Below are positions 1-11,903 of a stretch of DNA of 64,000 bases, piece after piece. Origin of the DNA: Perkinsus olseni (lineage: Eukaryota); NCBI GenBank assembly GCA_013115125.1, contig JABANN010000011.1:62001-126000 (forward strand), given 5' to 3'. How positions within the stretch are numbered: position 1 is the first letter of the stretch; each line of letters starts with the position of its first letter. The position numbers and the translations under genes are program-made. The notes beneath the pieces are model-generated. The model saw only the letters and a list, made by a program, of their open reading frames with translations. It was not told the origin of the DNA and searched no databases.

Positions 1-580
1 GCCCTGTCCGTATCCATATACTGTGACGACTGGTCGCAGACAGTGGCGAAGATGAGAGCAGCGGTGACAGCTCAGTACAGCTCCAGTAGGCCTGTCTTGA
101 AGACCTGACCTTCCATAACGCACTGGGAAGATTCTTCAGGAGCATGCGTTCCGGTTCCAGTGGCGGCGGCTCTGTGGGCTGTGGTGTCCATCGACAACTT
201 CCTTTGTGACCTGAGGCGTGGGTTCGCCCGGCAGGAGTGCTCCAACGCGGCAGCTGCTATGGCCAGGTAGGCATCGACACATTCTCATGAAAATCACCAG
301 TATACCCATCAGTCCATCTACTACGGCCTACACCCTGTGTACCTGCATCTGCTCTGACCCCGAGGCCGTCTCGGCTGCAAGTGACCACAGGCTGGCTGTC
401 TATGACTGCCCAGTACGAACTGGCAACTGCTGGTGTGTCCATATCCATTGCGGTCATAATGAAGCATTATCCAAGGTCGAGGAGAGGGAGCTACGGATGC
501 ACATAAGATACGCTCTATCGATCACCGCGGCCGAGGACGACCAGCAGCAGCAGCCAGGCAGCCCCGTCCTCGCCGAATAG
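1..580 (+). CDS. 3' end of a spliced hypothetical gene (partial)
   Basis: ORF 218-580 ends ...EDDQQQQPGSPVLAE* just upstream of the next gene. No recognisable motif. Confidence 0.3.
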
Positions 581-685
581 CTGCTTGCAATACTTGTGTT
601 CGCCCCTGTGTTACTGTTTTATCCACCCATCGAAGCAGCCTCGTGTTGGGAGCCGACATAAAATATCCTTTTACAGCCAGAATTC

Positions 686-3600
686 ATGTTGGGCAGCACC
701 TCCGTCTCCGCCTTCGGTCGAGAACGGCAGAGTAAAGCTGAGTCGGTCCTGGCCGATCTAGTGGATGCCTTCATACCGCCCGACCTCGACTTGGGATACG
801 CGGATCGCTCCAAGATCACACAGTGAGGCCCCGCTCGATGATGAGCCGCTGCCCCTGCCACAGTGTAATGTAGGTTCTCTCGCTACCACTTAGCCTTCCA
901 CAGCTTCCCCTCGGTCGATACCTTGGCGGTTGATAGGGACATGAAGGAGTAAGCCGGTTCATCGGCAGTACTGAGGGTCTCTTCCTGCCTTGTCAGAGTC
1001 ATCTATAAAGTGAACACTAGGGCGACGCCGGTAGGGAGCGCTGAGCTCCTGGCCGACTTGTACGTTCGGGATATGCCGAAGACCGCAGTGGCAGCAGGCC
1101 TCACCGATGATGGAGACGAGGTCTGGAACCTCCGTCAGCGGCTTCGCTTTGCTTAGCTTCCTTCACTTCATCAGTCTATTATTCCGTCGATAATATCGTT
1201 GCTGCTGAGCCTATCGGGTGACCCTTGTGGCGTGGATCGATCTGAAGTGGACCGAGTCGGCTTGGAGTTGCAGGAGGAGCGCGCCAAGGTGAGCGTCTTC
1301 GACTCGAAGACTTAGAGTCAAAGAGGGTAGGCCATGCCTCTCTTCAGAATGCAGCCCGATATGACCACCTCGGCCGATTGCGAGAGGGCCTTGAGGAGAA
1401 GCGGATCCTAGAAGCGATCGCCAAGGCCAGCGTTGAGACGGGCTGGGAGTTGGCGATGGCTGCTTGCGACACCAGTTCAGACGACGATGTGGACCGGCTC
1501 GCCGACAACAGCGTATCCACCAACTCGGGCAGGTCGACCCCTCCTAGCGCCCTCGATCTGCCCATTTTCGACCCACTCGGTCTGAGGGCAGGCGCGGTGC
1601 CTACGGTCGACGAGGACCCTGTCAAGTGTGCCGATGATCTGACGCGGGAATGCCGGTCGTCCCTCCTCACTGTGGAGTCATCAGGCCGCGTACCAGAGGA
1701 CCTCCTCGCAGCCGACGCTGATATCATCGGGGCCATCGTCGCAGCGGACGGTGGTCGGAGGCGCCCTTTCCTCGTTCGGGAGTCCTGGGTGGTAGAGGAG
1801 ATCTTCACCGCTTGCTACGTCCTTAGCACCGCTCCCGTGGAGGAGGGGGGCTCTATCGTATGCCTCAACACTCTCTTCCACATCTCCGACGGCGTCGTTG
1901 GTGTCCATGCAGCGGTGTCTCGAGGGGACACCGTGGCGTGCAGTCACCTCTCCCCGAGGGCTCTCTCCCTGGCCTTAGTCAGCATCGCCGGAATCATGAC
2001 CGACCTCAAGGAACTCTCCGCACTGAGTTACCTCCCCGCTCGGTATGACCACCCCCGATGTTTTCTGGCAGTTCAAGCCGAGGTGGATTCGCTGGTCCGA
2101 AAATTCACAGCTGAGCTGGAGGCCATAGAGGAGGCGTTCTCGACCTCGGAGGTGGCCTGCAGTCTAGTCGCCATCACCTGTGCTTTGAAGCGCGTGGCCA
2201 AGCCTATCACAGAGGCATCTGTCGCTCTGCGAGGCGATGGCCCCCTGGCCGTCCGACTCTGGAAGCACCGTGCCGCTGGCTCCAAGGTCGCCGACGGGAT
2301 CTCTCGGGCCTACACTGACCCTCTACTCTCGTGTGCTCGCACCCTCGCATGCGACGGGGTCATACTGAGTGACCATCGAAGCGGCCCTAAGGAGATGGTG
2401 GCTGTTCTTGAGGCGATCGCTGCTGACCCGACCCATCCGCTCCAAGTTATCACGACCCGGACGCTAGCTATTCACTCGTCGGTGACCTCGGGGTGGGCTG
2501 TACAGCGCTACGATGATCGGGCACGTTTGATGGGCTTCTCGAGTGAGGCTCAAGTTTTGTTGGAGCACCGACTGGCAGCTCGAGCGGCGGGTAGCCATGC
2601 TGTACGAGGACTCCTCAACAGCGGTGGCCAGGCCCCGGCCCTCAACGCCATCTTCAAGGCTCTGCGGATGGTGTGCATGGCATTTGATGAGCACGTCCAA
2701 GAGTGGCTTGCAGACCCTGGCCCGAGAGGCCCAGTCTGGGCTTCGCGGTACGGAGCCTGGGTGAAGTCACACGTGATGGACCTCACCGGTGTTGACATTG
2801 ATATCGATGCCCTTGGGGGTTCCGGCGTGCGCCTACCAGCCTTGACCTCGCAGCAGTCTGCCATTCTGACACCTCTAGCTCTGCAGTTCTACTCCAAGGT
2901 ATTCGACATGATGAAGCCGTTGTACGAGGCGCAGTCCTGTATCGTGGCCAAGCCTCGATGCCTCCACCCCGGTGTCCTCAACTACCTCTTCGCCGTCCGG
3001 GCAGAGCTCCTTCACTTTGTCCGCAGCCTCGAGAGCTATCTCAAGCAGTCGGTGATCGAGCCTGAGTCCCGGCGTTTCGACGCCTTAGCGGCTAATGTGG
3101 ACAGCGCGGAGTCCCTCGGGCATCTCCATTATCACGACTACCTGCACGCCCGACTGGCCAGGTCCCTTTTTATGTCCCCTCGAACAGCGGTAGGCCACCC
3201 TTGACACGATGTGGAGATGGGCTGTCGCTCAGGTCGTGCGTGACTCGCTGCTGGCCATGCTCGACGTTTGCAAGACCTTCCGGACTATTGCAGAGAGATC
3301 TGCTCGCCTCTCCCCTCCTGGTGCGTCTAGAGGGCTGCCGATTAGAACTCGTGCTGATTTTCCTAGGTGCTCGTCTGGTGCGTGAAAGAACATCCGACTC
3401 GGTATCATCATTCGATGCATCAGCCGACACCTACTACCCCGGCAGTCGAGACACTGCCACCACCGACCAATGGACGGCAGATGATCCTGACGGTATCGTT
3501 CTGCGTACTTCATGCTGTCGCTGCCATCCCCCTTCAGGTGACCCCGCGCATCTGCTGTCGGAGCTCACGGAACTACGGCGGAAGTTCAAGGCTAGCTGCC

Positions 3601-3707
3601 GTGGCCTCCTCAACGTGCTGGCCGTAGCAGCCAAAGACGACCGCTCCGTCTGCCACGACCTCGGCATGAAAATTAACTTCGCTTACTATTACTTGCTCCC
3701 TCGCTAG
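686..3707 (+). CDS. Gamma-tubulin complex component (Spc97/Spc98 family), GCP5-like; spliced
   Basis: ATG 686. Spliced N-terminal exons read QFSRYHLAFHSFPSVD and SIIPSIISLLLSLSGDP, resembling the GCP5 N-terminus. The long exon has HFVRSLESYLKQSVIEP...HYHDYL. The C-terminal LGMKINFAYYY matches the GRIP2 end motif (LxxRLDFNxYY). Confidence 0.8.
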
Positions 3708-3820
3708 TTTCACACGTGCTGGCTTGTCCCGGGTTTCGAGTGAGCCGTCCGAGAACTCCCTCCCTGCAGGGGTTGACTCTCCCTTCATTTTTTATGTGTC
3801 CCAACAGTACACAGAACTCC

Positions 3821-5334
3821 ATGACTACTCCTAGTGCGGCGTTGAAGCGGGCCTATATAGCCATGGGCAGCAACATGGGCAAGCGTGCTCAGAACATTCG
3901 CCAGGCCCTCAAATGCATCGCCTCCGACGGCCTTGGTGAGCATCTTGGGAAGCGTTGACCATCTTGCTGGTGGCAGTCGCGATCATCCGGGATACGGTCT
4001 TTTCTTTCAGGCGTGGTTTCGGACACCTCCTTCCTCTATCAAACGAAGGCTCAGTATGTTACTGATCAGCCGGACTTTCTCAATTGTGTCCTATCCCTGG
4101 ACACATCCCTAGCCCCTCACGACCTACTCACTAAGCTCAACGACATCGAGGCCAAGATGGGGAGGGTGGGGTCCTCATCGCTTCTCTAGTTGTCAACCGC
4201 GCTGTCTCTCCTCAGGTCCGGACACTACGCTACGGCCCACGCCCCATCGACTTGGACATCCTTCTTTACGGTGACGAAGTTGTTCATACCCCTGATCTCA
4301 AGATACCCCACGAGCGCATGCAGGAGCGCGATTTTGTTCTAGCGCCGTTGAGAGACCTTCTGCCGGGTCATTGGAGCCATCCAACCCTCGGTCGAACCTT
4401 GAGTCAGCTGACCGGCTCCGTGCAGACTATGGGGGAGTGCCACAGAGTGATGCCTGTGGGAAAGGATCAGCTCCTGGACTGGGATGCCGGGAAGACTTTC
4501 ATAATGGGTGTCATCAACGTCACTCCTGACTCCTTCTCGGACGGTGGCCTCTACAATACCGTTGAGAAAGCGGTGGAACATGCGAGAACTCTGATTGAGG
4601 GGGGCGCCGACATCCTCGACCTCGGTGGCGAGTCCACTCGACCGGGTACCAACAGCTTGAAGGGACTAGATGTCAATGAAGAGCAGCGAAGAGTGCTTCC
4701 TGTTATCAAGGGAATTCGAGAGACCTTTGGCGATTCCATTTTACTGAGTGTGGATACGCGTAATGCGAGCACAGCTCGGAAGGCAGTAGAGGCGGGCGCT
4801 GATATTGTGAACGATGTCTGGGGTGGCCTGTGGGACCCGGAGATGATGGACACCGTGGCGGAGCTCGAGGTGCCGTATGTCTGCATGCACATGCGTCCCC
4901 ATGGCCAGGAGAAGTATCCCGGGGGCGTGGTCAACGAAGTGCATAAAGTTCTCACGACTCAAGTCCAAGCTGCGATGAAGGCCGGGATTCCTCGCTGGGA
5001 CATCATCGTCGACACTGGGCTCGGCTTCGGCAAGTTCGCCAACCACAACTTCCAGTTACTGAGACATTACAATGACGCTTTGCCCGATACCCTCTCCGGA
5101 GTGCCATGGCCTTCCCTCAGCGGTCCCTCGCGCAAAAGATTCGTCACTGATCGAAGCGACCCCCCTGAGGACATCTGGGACATGGCCGCATTCGGAACTG
5201 GTGCTGCTGTTGTTGCGTCCATCGAGAAAGGCGCCAACATCGTTAGAGTCCACGACGTAAAGAAGATCCAACGCGTATGTATGGTCGCGGACAAGGTCTA
5301 CAGGGTCCCCGACGAAGAGATTGAAGCCGAGTAG
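3821..5334 (+). CDS. Bifunctional hydroxymethyl-dihydropterin pyrophosphokinase / dihydropteroate synthase (HPPK-DHPS); 2 introns
   Basis: HPPK motifs AYIAMGSNMG, DQPDFLN, YGPRPIDLDILLY and IPHERMQERDFVLAPL. DHPS motifs MGVINVTPDSFSDGG, DLGGESTRPG, DTGLGFGK, SRKRF and IVRVHDV. GT-AG introns at ~3936-4009 and ~4165-4215. Confidence 0.96.
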
Positions 5335-5869
5335 GAGAATGCTCCGATGTTTTTACCCAGTTTCGAGCAATGATTCCGGCTTTCGGTAATTGTCGTTTTT
5401 CCTCACTAACTCTGTTTCTCGTTGTGTACAGCATAGTTGGTGGAACTTTCGCGTGCTGCGTCTTCTGCTCTACTGAGGCACTGAGGCAGCCGCTCTCTCG
5501 AAAATGGAGCTTCTCATTTGGTCATGAGTATCGCACACTTTCACTCTTTCGATTCTGCAGTACTCGCGTTACTGGGTGGCTTCCCATGATAGATGATGAT
5601 CAACACGAATGAACAGAGGTTCGGGCGGTGACGAAATGCCTTCGTTGAAGGGAAGTACATCCCCTCAGACTAAACTCATAACAACGCTCTACAAGGAACG
5701 ATAAATTGGAACACAAGGGCTATAGGGACAGTGGTCTGCTCTGGGAGCATCTTCATATGAGCGGCTTCAACGGGCTGCCATGGCCAACATGGCCACGCTG
5801 GTCCAGGAAAATGATATCTCCTCGTACCGCTGCGTCTTCTGATTTTTCTGAGAAGATCGCCACTGGATA

Positions 5870-7425
5870 CTACCGAGATGCTGCACGAAGCTTACTGTCT
5901 TGCTCTGCAATCTTATGCACACAATCCTTAAGCAAGTTGTCAACAAAATCATCACCGCAGAACCCATCGACGTCCTCGGGATTCTCAATCTTCGCAGCTG
6001 AAACACCAGCGAGCTCCCCTTCGCTGTAGTCCACAGGACTCACCATCTTGTAGCCACTCCACGATGCGCTGCGTAAGCGGGTGCTCTATGCCTCTCGATA
6101 CCGTACTGGCATGCAGGGCTTCGGTCAATGTCGACTGAGCTAATTTCTTGTGCTTCAATCCCACCTGAGAGGGGACAAGATCTCATCGGGCTAGCACACT
6201 ACGAGCCCTCACATAAGTAGCGCCAAGGTCGCATAGGGCCTGGGCCGTGACCGGGGAGGTCCTCCCGAACTCCTGGCTCATGGAGTCCACAACTTCCGTG
6301 TAAATTTGCCGACATTCGTCGAGTCTACGGCAGGATAACTCCATCAGGTTGGCACGTGTGTACGGAACCCTTTCTACTTGTCCTCCTTCTTGAGTACTCC
6401 TGCTAAGTTGCTCAAGCACACTACAATTTGGGGATGGACGGGCTTGCCGGCTGAATGGTACTTCACTCTGAGGGAGAGTACTCTGGAATTGGGTGTAGGT
6501 GGAGTACACCAGGCCTACGTATAGGTTAGCGCTCGTAAAAAATCTGACCGGGCCTTATCGAGATGGCCCTGTTGAAGCTGCAGTGCTCCCCGGATGTTCA
6601 TGGGGACCGCCAGTTGAATCGCGTTGGCGCCATACCTGAGAACTGGGCAGTCGCGCTGCCCCATCCCGGTTGATACTACAGTGCTGTCTTGAGCTCAATG
6701 GACCGGCTGACATGAGACTTCCCCTCTTCAGTGAGCTCCAAATTCTGGCACAGTTCGCCCAGTAAATCAAGCGTCTCAGCAATCTCTCGCTTGTGCATAG
6801 TATACCTTGAATGAAACACGGTAGGGTCTCCACCCGATCACTCCCTCCCCGCGGTATTACTTTTTCATGAGGATGGCCAGGCCTTTGTCGGCTGCCTCCT
6901 TAGCCTCTTGATAGGCCCCCAACTGCTTCATCACAAAGGCGTTGTTGAGGTAGGCAGCAGCGTACCGCTGATGCTGCTGACGGCGGAGGCCCTAAGAAAG
7001 ATCGCTGGGCCTTCTGAGTAGTTACCGTAGCAATACCTTGTTGCCATCCTCCTCGAAAAGCTCTATGGCTTTGCTATTCGATGTCAAGCACTCTCTCAAA
7101 CTCCCCTGCCCAAAGGACTGCATTGCCTCGTCCATGTACCTGCAGACGAGCACTCGTATGTACCTGCAGCCGTAAGGCCAAGGGTGAACCTCCCTGCGGC
7201 TCTCAGCGGCATACAGAGAATCCAAATTCACCGGTATTACTTTTCAATGGTAAGCAAGACCTCGGGCTCGTTCTGGCTCGGAGCCTTCGTGGTGAAGGTC
7301 CTGGCCGTCCACATCGCCGGCGTGGCTACTGTCGTGGCGATGAATCGAGGGGTAGATCTCGAGAAGGTGGTCCGAGGAACCGCCCTGGCGAGCCGAAGAA
7401 GAGGAGAGATCTCAGAGCGAAACAT
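5870..7425 (-). CDS. TPR-repeat protein with probable mitochondrial presequence; multi-exon
   Basis: Arg/Ser/Thr-rich N-terminus MFRSEISPLLRLARAVPRTTFSRSTPRF. TPR-like helices such as SPVTAQALCDLGATY. The last exon ends ...QDSKLRAASR* at 5870. Confidence 0.6.
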
Positions 7426-7759
7426 TGGAGCTACTACGGTGAAGTCGCTCTCACCGCGCCGCGCCGGCCGCGGAACATCCTACGTTGAACGTGATACGCT
7501 AGGTTTTTTCAAGCTCGCTAAGTCGATACGGCTTTTACTTGTAACGAAAGGTACAAAGCCTATAGCGTCTTAAGCCTGCTCTACTCCTTCCAGGACAGAG
7601 TCACTCACCTACTTCAGCGCACTTGTTGAAATAAAATTCCGGAAAATGGCTTGGTGCTGGGTTCGAACCACAGGCCACAAGAGCGCAAGATTCCACTCGC
7701 GGAATCCGTTGTCCTCGCTCGCCAAGATCGTTGGAAACTCGCAGCATAACGTTCCCTCC

Positions 7760-8707
7760 ATGGCCGACTCATCTTCATCGCCCCTGCCCAAAGGCTCTTC
7801 AGCTTTAAATGTAAGTACTGACGAGAGGATGGAAGCATGACGATTTTTATCCCAGGTGATACAAGACGTCGCCGAGTCGGCCCCTGCATCTCCCAGCTCG
7901 GCTTCGAGCCTAGGCTCACCGCGTCCTCAACACTACGACGTGGACATTGAAGATGTTCCCCGTTCGGCCTTCGGAACTCCTTCGGTTGAGCGTAATGCGT
8001 CGCGCGCTCGGTCTTCACCCTACAATCAGTTTTCAGCGTCGGACCTCCCGCCTCTACCGACCAGGGCATCTCCGTCCGAATCACCAGCGGAAGTTCGCCG
8101 AAAACGACGCCGGGGCAAGAAGCCCCTCCGCGATCAGGTTCGGAGGCATCAGCTGCTTCGTGCCGAACCCGAGGTTAGTACGGTCCGCCGGACTTCGACT
8201 AGAAGGCACTCTCCTTAGGCTTTCCAGCCATCGGAACCGGGCACTACCGGCGACGATAGAACTTCACGATGCCCCGAAAAATGCAAGCAACTTCTACTCA
8301 TAGTCGGGACAGAAGGGTCGCGTTTAGGTTCTACCTGTGCGGCCGGTCTAGAAGACCTGTACCAGACCGACTCAGAGGCAGTGATGGTAGCAGTAGTCCT
8401 GTCCACCACTGTAGCTGCCGCAGCTGGTAAGGTCGTTCCCTCATCATTCTCGTTCTCTCGAACCGTCTTCGATCAGGTGCCTTCCTTTCCCCTATTCTCG
8501 CCGGTGTTGCGATCAGTATTGGGGGCTCCGCCGGCATTTTCTTTCTTGTTCGGTCTCCAAGACTCAAGCCCCGGCCTAAGTCGTCCGGTGAATTCTTGTG
8601 AATCTTTCTTGTGGAACTATAGCGGGCTCACCTTCTGCATATGCAGAGTTGAGCCTTCCACGTGCATGAACTCCTATGTCCGCTTACGGGAACTGTCCGG
8701 TCGTTGA
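7760..8707 (+). CDS. Hypothetical Ser/Pro-rich protein with basic NLS-like stretch; 3' end uncertain
   Basis: MADSSSSPLPKG|gtaag...cag|VIQDVAESAP...EVRRKRRRGKK joins across canonical introns. No domain recognised. Confidence 0.4.
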
Positions 8708-9030
8708 GTTAACTTTTCAACAAGACAGACTAGAGTTAATGGAAATGACAACAGAGATTATTAGTCGATTGTCAACCTTGCTCTTACAGAAAGGATACAG
8801 TTGGGAGGTCATTTAGCGCCACACGAATTTCACGTTTCCGGAAAATCAACAAATTTCTGACAACAAGAGAGCAAGCACTCCTCAGCCGTGAAGCCTGTGG
8901 ATATATAAAATCCCGTCAATGTATATCTCCCATGCAATACTTCAAGGGTCGGGAACCAAGCAATCGTGCTTGACTGACCAAATCTCAGTCCTCGCAGCAG
9001 GCGAACATTGCGTCCATGCTGACAGACCTG

Positions 9031-9718
9031 GAGCCAATTAAAGTGCCCACTTTTCCAAGTCCAAGTGGAGGGAAAGTATTCCTTTCCAAACTTGGAGAAA
9101 AAAAGTCTATTAAAGTGCAGCAATGTCCCAGGAGATATCTCCAAGTACTTGGATCCACGCGCAGGGTCCTGTTTCCAATCCAAGTGAACACTTCCACGCG
9201 AGTGCGGATTAAAGTGCGCGATTTCCATGTTCCGGAGGAGGGTCATTTTTCCACATTGCTACTTTAATTCGATAAACCTCGCCCGGGGAAACGTCTTGGA
9301 AAATTTGCCCAGAAAGTCGACCGGTTGTTGTTGGCAATGAAGAAGTTGCGCAAGGATACACAAGCTCTAATGGCGTTACTAGTGAGCACCATCGAGTCCT
9401 CTCCTGTTAGCCTCGGCCCCCTGATACGCAAGTCCTTCAGGCACCTGAATTGGCACTTGGAAAAAACGGGTTGCGCTTCGGAGTCGCGCGACTGGTGGAA
9501 AAATGACCCTCCTCCGGAACATGGAAATCGCGCACTTTAATCCGCACTCGCGTGGAAGTGTTCACTTGGATTGGAAACAGGACCCTGCGCGTGGATCCAA
9601 GTACTTGGAGATATCTCCTGGGACATTGCTGCACTTTAATATACTTTTTTTCTCCAAGTTTGGAAAGGAATACTTTCCCTCCACTTGGACTTGGAAAAGT
9701 GGGCACTTTAATTGGCTC
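9031..9718. mobile_element. Non-autonomous DNA transposon (MITE), PIF/Harbinger-like, with 224-bp TIRs and CTG TSD
   Basis: Arms 9031-9254 and 9495-9718 are reverse complements with one visible mismatch. Ends are GAGCC...GGCTC, CTG flanks both sides (9028-9030, 9719-9721), and the 240-bp spacer has no transposase ORF. Confidence 0.9.
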
Positions 9719-9787
9719 CTGGTGTTCACCTCCTCTTCTTGTTGTTTGGATTCTAGGCCGTGTCGAATGCGCACTTCGATTATTAGT

Positions 9788-9871
9788 CCGTTCCGATCCG
9801 TTCAGCCATTTCGATCGATTCGCCCGTTCCGACCGTTTCGCCCGTTTCGATCGTTTCGCCCGCGTCGACCG
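9788..9871 (+). repeat. Degenerate 9-bp tandem repeat (ccgtttcga/ccgtttcgc), about 9 units
   Basis: ccgttccga tccgttcag ccatttcga tcgattcgc ccgttccga ccgtttcgc ccgtttcga tcgtttcgc ccgcgtcga. Confidence 0.8.
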
Positions 9872-9925
9872 CTGTGAGGCATCGAGCTCGTACGCAAGAG
9901 GCTTGTGACAAGACCCACATTATCA

Positions 9926-10231
9926 ATGCTAGCCAACATGTGCATGAGCCACATTGAGTTGCAGATGCTAGAGGAAATGCACGTGGAACGTGAGGAGAGG
10001 CGAGAACTGCGTGAATCTCTCACTCGGGAAGAGCTTGAACGCATTCCGCGAGAGAAATGGGATGATGCGTACGCTCCCGGTGAAACTTGGGAGGAGCGCT
10101 ACGAGCGGCGAAGGAAGGCAGCCAAGGAAAGCCATGGGGGCGTGACTCTGCTTCTTATCATGTTGTTTTACATATTCTTCAGGTTCTCACTTGGTCTGGC
10201 GACGGCACTTAGCCCCGGCGGAAGCTCTTGA
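9926..10231 (+). CDS. Small Glu/Arg-rich protein with C-terminal hydrophobic anchor (paralogue 1)
   Basis: MLEEMHVEREERRELRESLTREELERIPREKWDDAYAPGETWEERYERR...VTLLLIMLFYIFF is clearly homologous to the ORF at 17601-17852. Exact start codon uncertain. Confidence 0.7.
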   Translation: MLANMCMSHIELQMLEEMHVEREERRELRESLTREELERIPREKWDDAYAPGETWEERYERRRKAAKESHGGVTLLLIMLFYIFFRFSLGLATALSPGGSS

Positions 10232-10499
10232 AGATCAGCTACATCGATGAGACCTTAATTCATGTGCAATGCTGTTTACATTGGAGTACATTTCGGTTGT
10301 GTGACACTACTTGTGTTCAAAGTTTAGTCGAGTGTTAGTCTTTCTGTGAGTTGCAGGCCGTGGGCTCTAGAGTATGTTACGCTATTGATCCCAGCAATGC
10401 CTTAGATGAAATTTTTCGAATCGCTTCGACGCTTTTCTCTGATTCAGTCTTGAGCGCGTGATTCGACCCGAATGATTATGTCCCTTAATCTTGATTTCC

Positions 10500-11166
10500 C
10501 CGGGCGACGTTCTGTTCCGACTCGAAACTTTCGAGCTTCGTCGCCTGAGGTTCGCCAGCGAGATGATCTCGCCGAGATCCTGTCCTGTCATTGATGCAAC
10601 TTCAAAGCAAAATAGATCGGGACCATCTTGGAGGAATGGACAGAAACGAGGAAAGTGTAACCAATAGTAAATCACGTTCAATAATGCACACACTGCTTAG
10701 ATAACGATCAGAGCTTCCAAGGGCCTAGGCCTTCACGAAGACTTCCCAAGTCCCTCATTCGATGGGCGAAATCTTGGAAGTCAGCGCTGGCCTGGAATGA
10801 GAAAAACGATGAGCTCACAGTTCTTTCCGGGCCAGCCTCCTCCAGTCATATCGATGACCTGGGAAAGGTTTTCTCCCCGCTCACTTCAATTGTCTTTTGT
10901 CCCATAATACTCTGGCCTATCGTCCGCTGGGCGGCGCTGAGGTAGTCACCAATTACCGAACCCTGGGCTCGCGATGTCCAGGTCTGAGGGGAGAGATTTA
11001 CGAGTGATGACCAAACTGGTTGCACTACCTTTCCACGCTCTTCGATCGGGAGAGTAAGCCACTGAGCGAGGGCAAGAGATCCACCCGCTAGTACAGGTAT
11101 GAGCACTCCACCGTAGATGACGTACTTCAACGACACCTGACGAACACGACCAAGACTGGAGTGATA
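10500..11166 (-). CDS. Hypothetical membrane protein; spliced, ends uncertain
   Basis: Exon after cag acceptor reads VSLKYVIYGGVLIPVLAGGSLALAQWLTLP (TM-like). Confidence 0.4.
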
Positions 11167-11399
11167 ATCGCGCAGAATTCAACCAGCTCTCACTATGCGG
11201 TTGAAGAGGACGTCAGGTCGCCTTATCTGATACGTGATATCGGCGTACCGCCGTTCGAGTAACTTGTTCATATCTGACAGACTCCATCAGCAATGGATAG
11301 AAAGCAGAAGAATCACCCACTTTTGAAGGCCCGGTAGCCCCATACAGCTGAGACGAGTGCCGCTAGGTCTAGTATATGAGGGGTGTATACAGCCTTAAG

Positions 11400-11800
11400 G
11401 CCCGCCACCGCTTGCTTCATAGGCTGAACGGGTAAGGCAACGTCACTGCCGAGAAAAGAGAAGCAGGATTACATTGGTAACCGACGGTTCAACAGCGTCC
11501 TGTTCATCTTCGAATTCAATCTTATTACCGAACTCGTCGTAGTAGCTCTTCTTGTCCAAGTTCTCACCTACAACGAGAAGAGTTCAATGGGCCAAATAAA
11601 AAGTTCAGATCGAAAAAGGGTGAACTCGGGGCATGCTGGCCATCCTCAGGAACACACATGATTCCTGGGATAGCCTACATCCTATCGGCTGTAGGATGTA
11701 CATCTGGCTTACTCAAGAAGTGCTGCCGCCATTGGATGTACCCTAGCGAGAGCACTCCGCCAAGAATGCCGGTCCACACTATGTCGGCCTTCTGTGACAT
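11400..11800 (-). CDS. Small single-TM hypothetical protein; spliced, 3' end uncertain
   Basis: ATG 11800: MSQKADIVWTGILGGVLSLGYIQWRQHFL|gtaagc. A later exon reads ENLDKKSYYDEFGNKIEFEDEQDAVEP. Confidence 0.45.
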
Positions 11801-11903
11801 GGCAAACTGTAAAAACTAGAGCCTCGAGATTACGCCACCCCTTTGAACGCAAAGTCCCGAGGGCTCAATCGTAAAGGAGAGACTTGGTGATAATCATATC
11901 TCG

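Noticed and set aside
8830-9908. Mirror-image ORF pairs on both strands as duplicated proteins
   Set aside because: They are a by-product of the 224-bp inverted repeat and contain no transposase or other motif.
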